A stretch of DNA of 50,753 bases, taken from assembly GCA_964556525.1 (NCBI GenBank), contig CAZKXO010000001.1:1-50753 (forward strand). Reading direction: 5' to 3'. This stretch comes from an uncultured Saprospiraceae bacterium. Lineage in GTDB: Bacteria > Bacteroidota > Bacteroidia > Chitinophagales > Saprospiraceae. Below the pieces are notes generated by a model. The model ran no database searches and had not been told where the DNA came from. It worked only from the letters and a program-made list of their open reading frames with translations. Positions within the stretch are counted from its first letter, which is position 1, and the number at the start of each line of letters is the position of its first letter. The position numbers and the translations under genes are program-made. Of this stretch, positions 19,401 to 26,569 are shown piece by piece.

Positions 19401-19639
19401 TGCTCATTCTCCGTATCAAAATATATTGCATCCATACAAGGCTCAGGTACACATGTTTCTATTCTATATACACCTCCTTGTGGCAGCGCTTCATCTGGAT
19501 TATCTAACAGATATCCCTCTAATAGAACAGCTGACTCTCCCTGACAAGTTTCTGAAACCTGAAGCAAAAAGAATGCATCTTCCTCGGATTGTCCAAGTAT
19601 TATAACAGGAAAAAACAAAATTAAAACGATGGTCTTCAT
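13451..19639 (-). CDS. Giant T9SS-secreted surface protein/adhesin: signal peptide, ~10 SprB-type repeats, DUF11-like domain, acidic Ca-binding-like tracts, Ig/HYR-like region, type-A C-terminal sorting domain
   Basis: 2062-aa uninterrupted ORF with signal 'MKTIVLILFFPVIILGQ'. It carries ~75-aa repeats of the form 'C(Y/H)G..DGS..v...GG..PY.y.W..G......i..L.AG.Y.v.v.D..GC'. The C-terminus 'NAYPNPFSNELFIAIN...YMLVVNGKSIEHTSKVIQLK' fits a T9SS sorting domain. Confidence 0.9.
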   Translation of the reverse strand: MKTIVLILFFPVIILGQSEEDAFFLLQVSETCQGESAVLLEGYLLDNPDEALPQGGVYRIETCVPEPCMDAIYFDTENEQYFFDATVPEGSYIISYIVGTPPFERKFITQFDLQAANAQILVLQNQVCQNEVLQIQINPIGGFLSGPGIISRMVNDDEFFFFDPATLPPDSSYNVSYNYSITASSGLVCSDVSELDIEVITSLEINLASDSIANCSLDHVPLDIEVVGDTTEMEIIWYNPEFDSIYNALDITLDTLTSSGFYYLQATNINGCGDLESVFMEILDLPEVECIKTKDVSCNNGSDGSLTVLNNNPDLDLTAEWSDGDRTFVRENLWSGTYEVTVTSVAGCSSTCSIIIAEPDSLDVKCSENLVTPTCYDGDDGTNVINITGGTAPYRTSLDDINYAEVTEINQLSSGNYKIYVLDVNDCKAECDFTIAETEPDSCSIEMMSAISCYNSFDGSLSVVGSGGLQSLLWSNGDTTAIVAGLTAGNYSVTVTSEVGCTSICVTELIEPEQLAIELVVAQNPICYGKDSGIIEFASTGGTLPYTYILNDSVIGSHAIVTGLKSGDYTIAVQDTNGCSSELQFSLEDPIQLEGVIEIASNILCHGESNGALSVKTSDNVHEILWSTGDTTEQITMLGTGQYSVTLTDVLGCEKILTQLLEQPPIFEIVKDSLVDNLCYGQAEGSITLDVSGGVGAYSYIWSHGADTPQIENLSAGSYNVFVADENNCLLSRTYLIAEPEDIAIDVISEQPSCYAKEDGSLTVSSNLANANYLWSTGEVTETITGVAGTYEVVVSSELGCEKKLSVELRQPEPLTLILANKEGLSCHDSADAFLELVIEGGTAPYQVIWADESTQLIRTKLTAGNYSVTITDAMNCFETATYQVDALERIKISEELTNPDCFGEATGSIVLSSEESLAEAVIEWSIPTAENVLQLDNLTAGSYSVLITFSDDCQQSYSYNLEDNPPLEITKIDVAQVDCYAQSSGSIAVSATGGTLPYTYMWNNGQSTSEITNLAASDYAVIVSDSLGCEVSSSEIIVRQNDQWSVELPDVTSCMDEPIPLSIAIYGKNVEDLDFEWSVLPNSLGIGNSVLKEQRLNTIIFDSFGIDHQGSITISCTITDQYGCTEVVTAEVSIQCCFDLALRKRVVGPSLVEKGEPVEFTIELFNQGTVSAYDIAVADFPAEDMIFLEEKNTAALTGNPYDWVLDKETIRTQLDSLTALSATELRIYFQIDEDTEDREFLNVAEIIDFSSFYRNLPCDEDDTLSEEPEETDDDIEDDSNGDVDNPKDDDQKDFEVVTVCPSFDHTLEMAVCGAPTFELLQDENFLAALDPEGDGDGDESDGDTGNKIISFHNNLSETISGQASTMQSLIGLEMLFARMETVQNCLIAIPLTLDINATPEIPPMEEEIVVTIGQELSLSVEILDSYNYQWQLKTPQGFTNLAGENSATLYLGAATIDHDNKSYRVLVTQENQAVTCTSSSAETVIRILPEVLVCNGKLNVSLDENCEVHLSASQLLQSAIGNEDLYKIQYFVVDNQYIPESELNNYLGQQVSYQVTSLINNSSCWGVLILEDKAAPTLDCPESLIVSCTDTTDFLSHLSFLQEDNCSEASLIISDDVPYSECSIENGLSFTSSRLVSIWAEDAFGNRTSRCDIRINYEALDTFSLLYPEHLQLENQDWDQNGNGYPDPEESGTITNQDGIPLTEQVMNQCNIRMLYEDVLYPLCGNSYMLLREWTVVDWCRQNVSSNLQFIKVLDTSGPVLDSLVMDSISYISAIACTATFVPEPVHATDWANISSFRLTQYRQNNADSIFVQQAIYRQDSIPILELETGMYRFDFEYFDYCGESAVGQYFLDLRKATFVSAICRKTLDVNLNPNTKISLWAEELDNHTLSFCDIELGHGIRLIPANAELISEPSIYKIADTEYYSTLEVDTEVDSIELVVFYKNQYSLCRTNLVNSTSRRSSDKNQTQLSERSISESINAYPNPFSNELFIAINVAERQKIQLDLYSLDGRNVFSKAFIVEQGEQQIRITEEQLISEGATYMLVVNGKSIEHTSKVIQLK
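16520..18784 (-). repeat. Array of ~10 diverged SprB-type coding repeats (~225 nt each) inside the giant adhesin gene
   Basis: Protein residues ~286-1040 show a recurring Cys...DGS...GG(T/V)xPY...AG(N/S)Y(S/T)V...C pattern about every 75 aa. The copies are diverged, and I noticed no long identical DNA stretches. Confidence 0.8.
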
Positions 19640-19946
19640 GTTTCTGGAGTTTAAAGCAAAGACAGCAACACTAATACGTTATACGCAAGAATTAAAGTCT
19701 TACCAGAGCATCAAAGTGGAAAGGCACTAAATGTGGATGAGATATTCAGTCTGACCAACGAAAAACATCAGCAGGCTAAAGCGTAAATAAAACAGGACAT
19801 TAAGGATATAAAAGTGAGGGTTAACTCTTACGAGTTGAGGGTCCTAAAAGTGGATTTCAATTTTTAATTTAGGATACTAAGCAAAAACAAAGTCCGTGCC
19901 ATATTACAATAAATACTAATATGAATCATGCTAATGAAATTATGAA

Positions 19947-20118
19947 TCCGCCAATAAGTGAAGACAACTGTGGACAGTGAACCTATTTCGATCCGCCAAG
20001 AGGCGGACACCTTTGGCTCAAAAAGGAAAAATATCTAAAGCGGTCAATGCTATTCAGGGTACAACAACTCAAAATTCATCATTTTTCACTCCTAATTATC
20101 AATTCAAAAATCAAAAAA
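19947..20118. repeat. Intergenic repeat family, copy 3 (degenerate half-module 19947-19980 plus full unit 19992-20118)
   Basis: 'TCCGCCAAGAGGCGGACACCTTTGGCTCAAAAAGGAAAAATATCTAAAGCGGTCAAT...CAATTCAAAAATCAAAAAATC'. The A/T-rich tail abuts the glpD stop codon at 20119-20121. The hairpin arms are GCCAAGAGG and CCTTTGGC. Confidence 0.7.
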
Positions 20119-21741
20119 TCAAATCCCATCCAAACTGTGATTCCCTATAATCTCCATACAATCACTCTTCTGCTCCTTGACCCATGCCTCATCTTTACCA
20201 AAGTGCTCCGCGAAACAGCTAATTATCTTATCTAGATTCTTCCTGACGTTGACCATATCAAAGTACAACCAGCCTGTTCGTCGTTCGATAAAATCTATTG
20301 GCAAGGCTGCGGCTTCATGGGTGATGGTGTAGGCAACTTCGCTTTTGACCAGATCACCTGACCAGTTTTTATCTGCATCTTGGAGAATGATATGTGCATC
20401 CTTTCCATAAGAACTCAGCAGATGTGCCATTTCAGCCTGTGGGTATTTTTCCTGGAGTTGTTTGAGCTCTTCCTGGTACTCCTCGTAATTGTCGTATGGG
20501 TTGTGATGGATTTTATAATCTTCCGTAATTGTTTCCTTAGAAATCTGCAGTCGATCCATAACCACATCTACTACACGTTCTGCCATTTTACGAAAGCCAG
20601 TGAGCTTTCCACCTGCAATAGAGATGAGTCCCGTATCAGAATAAAAGATTTCATCTTTTCTAGAAATGTCCTTGGTGCCTCTACCAGATTGTTTGACCAA
20701 TGGTCTCAAGCCTGCCCATGAGGATTGGATGTGCTCTTGAGACAAGTGGGGCACATCGAACATCTGTTTTACAGCCTTTAGCAAGTAGCTCGCATCCTCA
20801 GCGGAACAGATCACTTCGTCGAGATTGTCTTTGTAGATTGTATCCGTGGTGCCTACATACACAGACTTGCCTCGCGGAATCGTAAAAACCATCCTACCAT
20901 CGAAAACATCAAAGTATGTAGAATTATTAATCGGTAAGTCAGCTTTGCTAAATACGATGTGGGAGCCTTTAGACAGAACCAGATTGGTCTGTGAATCAGG
21001 ATTATCTGCTTTTCGAAGATGGTCTACCCAGGGGCCTGCAGCATTAACTACAACCTTAGCGCGAAAACTGATCTTTTCTGCTGAGATTTTGTCCTGACAA
21101 TTGACGCCTACAATCTGACCATTAGTTAGAGTGAAATCCTTTACTTCCAAATAATTGAAGGCAGAAGCTTCATTTCTTCTTGCCGCCTTGATGAGTTCCA
21201 TAGTAAGTCTAGCATCATCCGTTCTGTATTCGGAATAGACTATTCCGGATTTGAGTAAGTCCTTATTGAGTCGAGGTTCCAGTTCTAAGGTATCTGCTTT
21301 AGATAATCTTCTTCTCTTCTGTTTTCCTGAGACTCTGGCCAGTACATCATAGACCCAGATAGCAATCCCTGCAGAAAAGGCACTGAAGGAGCCTTTCTTT
21401 ACTATAGGCAAAAGCATATTTCTGGGGTGCACAAGGTGACAAGCATTATTATGTGCCACTACCCTTTCAAGTCCAGATTCTCGGACCAGCCCCAGTTCCA
21501 ACTGCTTTAGATATCTCAGTCCACCATGGATGAGCTTGGTAGACTTACTGCTTGTTCCTGAAGCAAAATCACTTTTCTCCAGCAAAAGCACCTTCAGTCC
21601 TCTCAGTGCTGCGTCCAGACCTATGCCTGCCCCTGTGATTCCACCACCTATTATAATTAAGTCCCACTCTTGTTTTGAGGCTTCCTTTATTGCTTTTTGC
21701 CTTTCCAGATTAGAAAAGGTCTTAGGTCTACGTTCTGCCAT
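20119..21741 (-). CDS. glpD: FAD-dependent glycerol-3-phosphate dehydrogenase/oxidase
   Basis: 540 aa. The N-terminal dinucleotide fold is 'WDLIIIGGGITGAGIGLDAALRGLKVLLLEKSDFASGTSSKSTKLIHGGLRYL', typical of GlpD/GlpO. Confidence 0.85.
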   Translation of the reverse strand: MAERRPKTFSNLERQKAIKEASKQEWDLIIIGGGITGAGIGLDAALRGLKVLLLEKSDFASGTSSKSTKLIHGGLRYLKQLELGLVRESGLERVVAHNNACHLVHPRNMLLPIVKKGSFSAFSAGIAIWVYDVLARVSGKQKRRRLSKADTLELEPRLNKDLLKSGIVYSEYRTDDARLTMELIKAARRNEASAFNYLEVKDFTLTNGQIVGVNCQDKISAEKISFRAKVVVNAAGPWVDHLRKADNPDSQTNLVLSKGSHIVFSKADLPINNSTYFDVFDGRMVFTIPRGKSVYVGTTDTIYKDNLDEVICSAEDASYLLKAVKQMFDVPHLSQEHIQSSWAGLRPLVKQSGRGTKDISRKDEIFYSDTGLISIAGGKLTGFRKMAERVVDVVMDRLQISKETITEDYKIHHNPYDNYEEYQEELKQLQEKYPQAEMAHLLSSYGKDAHIILQDADKNWSGDLVKSEVAYTITHEAAALPIDFIERRTGWLYFDMVNVRKNLDKIISCFAEHFGKDEAWVKEQKSDCMEIIGNHSLDGI

Positions 21742-21934
21742 GTTTCGATATAAAGCGCAAATTTACAATAGCATACAGAAGGATGCTGACAGATTCTACT
21801 CTTAAGATTTGGCTTGTCAGGACTTATAGTGTTAGTTTCTCAGTCATAAAATGCAGCTAAGAAATGAAGTGTCGTTCATAAATCCCTGATAATCAATAAA
21901 AAAATCGCACTTTTTAAAAAATACCTCTTCAGAA

Positions 21935-21997
21935 TTGTTGTTTTATCTACAAAAGCCAATTACATTTGCGTCCGCTTTGGAAATCGAAGACCAAAGT
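21935..21997 (+). promoter_or_regulatory. Candidate Bacteroidota-type promoter (TTG ... TAcaTTTG) and short leader hairpin upstream of rplM
   Basis: 'TACATTTG' at 21961-21968 matches the TAnnTTTG -7 consensus, and TTG triplets at 21935-21940 lie ~20 nt upstream. The leader hairpin is CTTTGG (21975-21980) / CCAAAG (21991-21996), ahead of the GTG start at 22028. Confidence 0.35.
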
Positions 21998-22027
21998 GAC
22001 TTAATTATCAATTATAAATCTGATAAA

Positions 22028-22471
22028 GTGAAAACAAGAAGTTACAGCACCAGATCTGTCAAAAAAGAAGAAGTCCAAAGACAATGGTTCGTCATAGATG
22101 GAGAAGGTGAAATAGTAGGTAGAACAGCTACTCAGATAGCAACTATCCTAAGAGGCAAACACAAGCCAACCTATACACCACATGTGGATACCGGAGATAA
22201 TGTAATAATTATAAATGCTGATAAAATGAGATTTACTGGTCTCAAAGAGCAGCAAAAAGAATATCAAAGATATTCAGGTTATCCGGGTGGACAGAAAAGC
22301 AGAACAGCAGCGGAAATGAGAGCTAAGAAGCCTATAGCTATCATAGAAAGTGCTGTAAGAGGAATGCTCCCTAAGAATAAACTAGGTAGAGCAATGTTCA
22401 AGAAATTATTCGTGTATGCAGGACCTGAACATCCACATGCAGCACAAAAACCAGAAACACTTAACGTTTAA
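22028..22471 (+). CDS. rplM: 50S ribosomal protein L13
   Basis: '[50 protein letters not shown]' is canonical L13. The GTG at 22028 gives the normal ~147 aa. The 31 codons upstream in the track ORF (TTG at 21935) are not L13-like. Confidence 0.9.
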   Translation: MKTRSYSTRSVKKEEVQRQWFVIDGEGEIVGRTATQIATILRGKHKPTYTPHVDTGDNVIIINADKMRFTGLKEQQKEYQRYSGYPGGQKSRTAAEMRAKKPIAIIESAVRGMLPKNKLGRAMFKKLFVYAGPEHPHAAQKPETLNV

Positions 22472-22475
22472 ATAA

Positions 22476-22862
22476 ATGGAAGTTATCAATACTGTAGGAA
22501 GACGTAAAGCTTCTATCGCAAGAATTTACATGAAAGCTGGTGGCGGTGCCATAACTGTCAATGGTAAAGATTTCAAAGAATACTTTCCGATTGCCAATAT
22601 GCAATTCAATCTGGAAGATCCCCTTAATATCGTAGAGGCCAGAAATACTTATGATATCAATATAAATGTCAAAGGTGGTGGTTTTAAAGGTCAAGCCGAA
22701 GCTATAAGACTAGGCATATCCAGAGCACTTGTAAAAGCAAGTGAAGACAACAAGCCACCTCTGAAGGCCAAAAGGTATCTGACCAGAGATGCGAGAGTTG
22801 TAGAAAGAAAGAAATTTGGTAAACCTAAAGCAAGAAAAAGCTTCCAGTTCTCTAAGAGATAG
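22476..22862 (+). CDS. rpsI: 30S ribosomal protein S9
   Basis: 128 aa. It has 'GRRKASIARIYM', 'GGGFKGQAEAIRLGISRAL' and the C-terminal '...KARKSFQFSKR'. Confidence 0.95.
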   Translation: MEVINTVGRRKASIARIYMKAGGGAITVNGKDFKEYFPIANMQFNLEDPLNIVEARNTYDININVKGGGFKGQAEAIRLGISRALVKASEDNKPPLKAKRYLTRDARVVERKKFGKPKARKSFQFSKR

Positions 22863-22915
22863 AGCGGGTCTTATTATCAAATTTATTATTCGAACGTTTT
22901 TAAAGAATTTAGAAA

Positions 22916-23647
22916 ATGGCTAAACCAACATATAAAGACCTTCTCGATGCAGGTGCGCACTTAGGTCACATGAAAAGAAAGTGGAATCCAAAGATGTCTC
23001 CATATATCTTCATGGAAAGAAAAGGTATCCACATCATAGACCTCAACAAGACAATAGTAGGTATAGACAATGCCGCTAATGGTCTTGCTCAAGTAGCTAA
23101 GTCTGGAAGAAAGGTCATGTTTGTCGCTACTAAGAAGCAAGCAAAAGAAGTTGTTGCTCAGATGGCAAGATCAGTAAATATGCCTTATGTCACTGAAAGA
23201 TGGTTAGGGGGTATGATGACCAACTTCTCTACGATTAAAAGATCAGTAAAGAAGATGAACAATATAGATAAGCTTCTTGCTGACGAAAGTGTAACAAGCA
23301 TCACTAAGAAAGAAAGGCTGACGCTTACCAGAGAAAGAAACAAACTGGAAAAAGTACTCGGCGGCATCGCTAATATGAATAGACTACCTGCAGCCATATT
23401 TGTTGTAGATATCCATCATGAGCATATTGCTATCAAAGAAGCAAGAAAACTAGGAATAAAAATCTTCGGCATCGTAGACACCAACTCTGATCCAACTCAG
23501 ATAGATTTCCCTATCCCAGCAAATGATGATGCCTCTAAGTCTATCAAGACTATCGTAGGCTACATAGGAGAGGTTATCAAAGGTGGGCTCGACGAAAGAA
23601 GGAAAATGAAGGAGGCTCAGAAATCGCAAGCTCCTGCAGCAAGCTAG
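22916..23647 (+). CDS. rpsB: 30S ribosomal protein S2
   Basis: 243 aa. It has 'LLDAGAHLGH', 'VTERWLGGMMTNF' and 'VVDIHHEHIAIKEARKLGIKIFGIVDTNSDP'. Confidence 0.95.
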   Translation: MAKPTYKDLLDAGAHLGHMKRKWNPKMSPYIFMERKGIHIIDLNKTIVGIDNAANGLAQVAKSGRKVMFVATKKQAKEVVAQMARSVNMPYVTERWLGGMMTNFSTIKRSVKKMNNIDKLLADESVTSITKKERLTLTRERNKLEKVLGGIANMNRLPAAIFVVDIHHEHIAIKEARKLGIKIFGIVDTNSDPTQIDFPIPANDDASKSIKTIVGYIGEVIKGGLDERRKMKEAQKSQAPAAS

Positions 23648-23700
23648 ACCCTGAGTCCGTCCGATTAATTTTATAATAAAAATTTAAAAGAAAACACGTA

Positions 23701-24543
23701 ATGGCAATCACAGCAGCAGATGTAAAAAAATTGAGAGATCAGACAGGAGCGGGTATGATGGACTGTAAGAAAGCGCTTACAGCAGCAGATGGTGATTTCG
23801 AAAAAGCTATAGAAGAACTAAGAAAGAAAGGTCAGAAACTTTCTGCAAAGAGAGCTGACAGAGAAGCTAAAGAAGGTGCAGTTATCGCTAAAACTTCTCA
23901 CAATAAAAACAATGGTGTCGTAGTAAGACTAAGTTGCGAAACAGATTTCGTATCTAAAGGAGACAGCTTTATCGCACTAGCAAACAGCTTTGCAGATATC
24001 GCCCTTAAGAATCTTCCTGCAACAAAAGAAGACCTATTAGCTTTAGACTGTGGTGGAATGACCATAGGTGAGAAAATAGAAGAACAGACAGGTGTTATCG
24101 GCGAGAAATTAGAACTGGCTGACTATGCAAAGATAGAGACTAAAGCTGGCGAAGGTCAGGTTCTACCTTATATCCACATGGGTAACAGAGCTGGTGTTAT
24201 CGTAGCTGTAAACCTTGAAGGAGCTCAGTACGAAGAGCCTGCAAAGAATGTGGCTATGCAAGTTGCTGCTATGCACCCTATCGCTGTAGATAAGGATGGA
24301 GTAGATTCTTCAGTAGTAGAAAAAGAAATAGAAATAGGTAAAGAAATTGCAAGACAAGAAGGTAAGCCTGAAGCTATGCTAGAAAAAATAGCTACTGGTA
24401 AACTAAACAAGTTCTTCAAAGAAAGAACCTTGATGAACCAAGTCTATGTAAAGACTTCCAGCAAAGAGAACGTTGCACAATACCTACAAAGCATACATGC
24501 TGATTTGAAAGTGACTGATTTTAAGCATATCAAATTAGGTTAA
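23701..24543 (+). CDS. tsf: Translation elongation factor Ts
   Basis: 280 aa. 'ITAADVKKLRDQTGAGMMDCKKAL' is the EF-Ts N-terminal UBA-like signature. The gene follows rpsB, as is usual. Confidence 0.95.
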   Translation: MAITAADVKKLRDQTGAGMMDCKKALTAADGDFEKAIEELRKKGQKLSAKRADREAKEGAVIAKTSHNKNNGVVVRLSCETDFVSKGDSFIALANSFADIALKNLPATKEDLLALDCGGMTIGEKIEEQTGVIGEKLELADYAKIETKAGEGQVLPYIHMGNRAGVIVAVNLEGAQYEEPAKNVAMQVAAMHPIAVDKDGVDSSVVEKEIEIGKEIARQEGKPEAMLEKIATGKLNKFFKERTLMNQVYVKTSSKENVAQYLQSIHADLKVTDFKHIKLG

Positions 24544-24552
24544 GAAATTTAG

Positions 24553-24586
24553 AAAGCGATTCATTTATTTGAATCGCTTTTTTTTT
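24553..24586 (+). terminator. Rho-independent terminator after tsf
   Basis: 10-bp stem AAAGCGATTC / GAATCGCTTT with an 8-nt loop, followed by a T run (24581-24586). Confidence 0.8.
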
Positions 24587-24631
24587 GTCTACCTAATACC
24601 CAACACTAAACAAAATAAGACTTAAAGATAT

Positions 24632-25351
24632 ATGGCAGCCAAGTACAAACGCGTATTACTCAAACTTTCTGGAGAATCCCTTATGGGCAAAAAATCATTT
24701 GGCATCTCACCAGAAAAGTTAAATCACTATGCAAGAGAGATAAAGAAGATTTTGGACAAAGGGATAGAAACTGCCATAGTTATAGGTGGAGGTAATATCT
24801 TTCGTGGTCTGCAAGCAGAGGAAAGTGGTATAGAACGTGTCCAGGGAGATTATATGGGCATGCTTGCAACCGTAATCAATGGAATAGCTCTAGCCAGTAT
24901 CCTAGAAGAACATGGTATCTACGCCAGACTTGTATCTGCTCTGGAAATGAAAGAAGTCGCAGAGCCCTATATCAGAAGACGAGCCATCAGACACTTGGAA
25001 AAAGGCAGAGTCGTTATCTTTTCAGGTGGAACTGGCTCCCCCTATTTTACGACAGATTCTGCAGCAGCACTGAGAGCAAGTGAAATAAAAGCGGATGTGA
25101 TTCTCAAAGGTACCCGCGTAGATGGTATCTACACGGCAGACCCAGAGAAAGATCCTACTGCAACGAAATACGACACGATCTCTTTTACCAAAGTCATCAA
25201 TGAAAATCTCAAGGTAATGGACATGACGGCTTTCACTATGTGTCACGAAAACAATGTTCCTATCATTGTCTTCGACATAAACAAAGATGACAACTTACTG
25301 AAAGTAGCTGAAGGAGAGAAGATAGGCACCTTGGTGGACTGTGTCTGCTAA
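24632..25351 (+). CDS. pyrH: UMP kinase
   Basis: 239 aa. It has '[11 protein letters not shown]', '[10 protein letters not shown]' and '[17 protein letters not shown]'. Confidence 0.95.
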   Translation: MAAKYKRVLLKLSGESLMGKKSFGISPEKLNHYAREIKKILDKGIETAIVIGGGNIFRGLQAEESGIERVQGDYMGMLATVINGIALASILEEHGIYARLVSALEMKEVAEPYIRRRAIRHLEKGRVVIFSGGTGSPYFTTDSAAALRASEIKADVILKGTRVDGIYTADPEKDPTATKYDTISFTKVINENLKVMDMTAFTMCHENNVPIIVFDINKDDNLLKVAEGEKIGTLVDCVC

Positions 25352-25392
25352 ATCATTGGCCTGATGAATGATCCTTACATTCAAAAGGACTA

Positions 25393-26556
25393 ATGGTTCC
25401 CAATCATATTTTTCATAACTTAACCGCTGCTCTCGGGCGAGAACCCAATTTTTCTATTGCAAGAGCACCAGGCAGGGTAAACCTTATTGGTGAACATACA
25501 GATTATACTAACGGCTTAGTATTGCCCGGAGCCATAGACCGACGCCTGTACTTCGCCTTTCGACCTAATGGAACCAGCATCATCAATGCTACAGCCATAG
25601 ACTTAGATGACACTTACGATATCCAACTCGACCAATTGCAAAAGTCAGAGAAACAATGGGTGAACTTTATTATAGGTATCTTGCTGGAATTCAAGCAAAG
25701 AGGCATACAACTTAAAGGATTTGATTGTGCTTTTACGAGTGAGGTACCGATAGGTGCAGGGCTGAGTTCATCCTCCGCTCTGGAATGCGTTATCCTTATT
25801 GGTCTCAGAGAACTATTTGGAGCTACCCAATTAGACAACTGGGAAATGATAAAAATGTCCAAGTCATCTAATCATAATTTCTTAGAAATCAAGGGTGGCG
25901 TCATGGATCAGTTTGCTTCATTATTTGGCAAAGAGAATCATGTCATGCTATTGGATTGCAATAGTTCAGAGTATGAATATGTGCAGCTACCAGATAGTGA
26001 ATACACATGGTTGCTGATAAACTCATGTGTCAATCACAACCATCTCACTTCTGGCTACAACGATCGTGTACACGAATGTCGACAAGCTTTGTCAGACATC
26101 CAAGTGCATCATCCTGATGTAAAGCATCTAGGTAACATCCAAGATAGCCGTCTACTCCAGGAAGTAGTCTTTCATTCAGATACTGTTAGTAAAAGAGCCC
26201 ACTATGTCGTAGCTGAAAATGCCAGAGTAAGAGCTTTTGTACAAGCACTAAAAAGCAATGACTGGAATTCTTGCGGTCAACTGTTATACAGCAGTCATCA
26301 AGGCTTATCCAAATTGTATGAAGTCAGTAGTCCAGAATTGGATTTTCTAGTAGATCTCATAAGGGAGATGGAAGGTGTATTGGGCGCCAGAATGATGGGT
26401 GGAGGCTTTGGTGGCAGTACAATTAATCTTGTACACAAATCTAAGGTGGCGACCATCAAAGCAGACATTTCAAGGCAATACCAAAATGTCTATTCTATGG
26501 AACCAGAATTTATCGATGTGCACATAAGTGAAGGAGCTGGGATGATAACAGCCTAG
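25393..26556 (+). CDS. galK: Galactokinase
   Basis: 387 aa. It carries the galactokinase signature 'GRVNLIGEHTDY', the GHMP motif 'PIGAGLSSSSA' and 'GARMMGGGFGG'. Confidence 0.9.
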   Translation: MVPNHIFHNLTAALGREPNFSIARAPGRVNLIGEHTDYTNGLVLPGAIDRRLYFAFRPNGTSIINATAIDLDDTYDIQLDQLQKSEKQWVNFIIGILLEFKQRGIQLKGFDCAFTSEVPIGAGLSSSSALECVILIGLRELFGATQLDNWEMIKMSKSSNHNFLEIKGGVMDQFASLFGKENHVMLLDCNSSEYEYVQLPDSEYTWLLINSCVNHNHLTSGYNDRVHECRQALSDIQVHHPDVKHLGNIQDSRLLQEVVFHSDTVSKRAHYVVAENARVRAFVQALKSNDWNSCGQLLYSSHQGLSKLYEVSSPELDFLVDLIREMEGVLGARMMGGGFGGSTINLVHKSKVATIKADISRQYQNVYSMEPEFIDVHISEGAGMITA

Positions 26557-26569
26557 GAAAACAAATCTA

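Noticed and set aside
21815-21825. 'TGTCAGGACTT' shared between 21815-21825 and 36550-36560, and 'GGCGGAATC' shared between ~36597 and ~50681, as possible extra degenerate copies of the repeat family
   Set aside because: Matches of 9-11 nt are expected by chance many times in 50 kb. The flanks do not align with the repeat consensus.
21935-22027. 31-codon N-terminal extension of the rplM ORF (TTG at 21935)
   Set aside because: The extension is not L13-like and would overlap the candidate promoter and leader. The GTG at 22028 gives a normal 147-aa L13.
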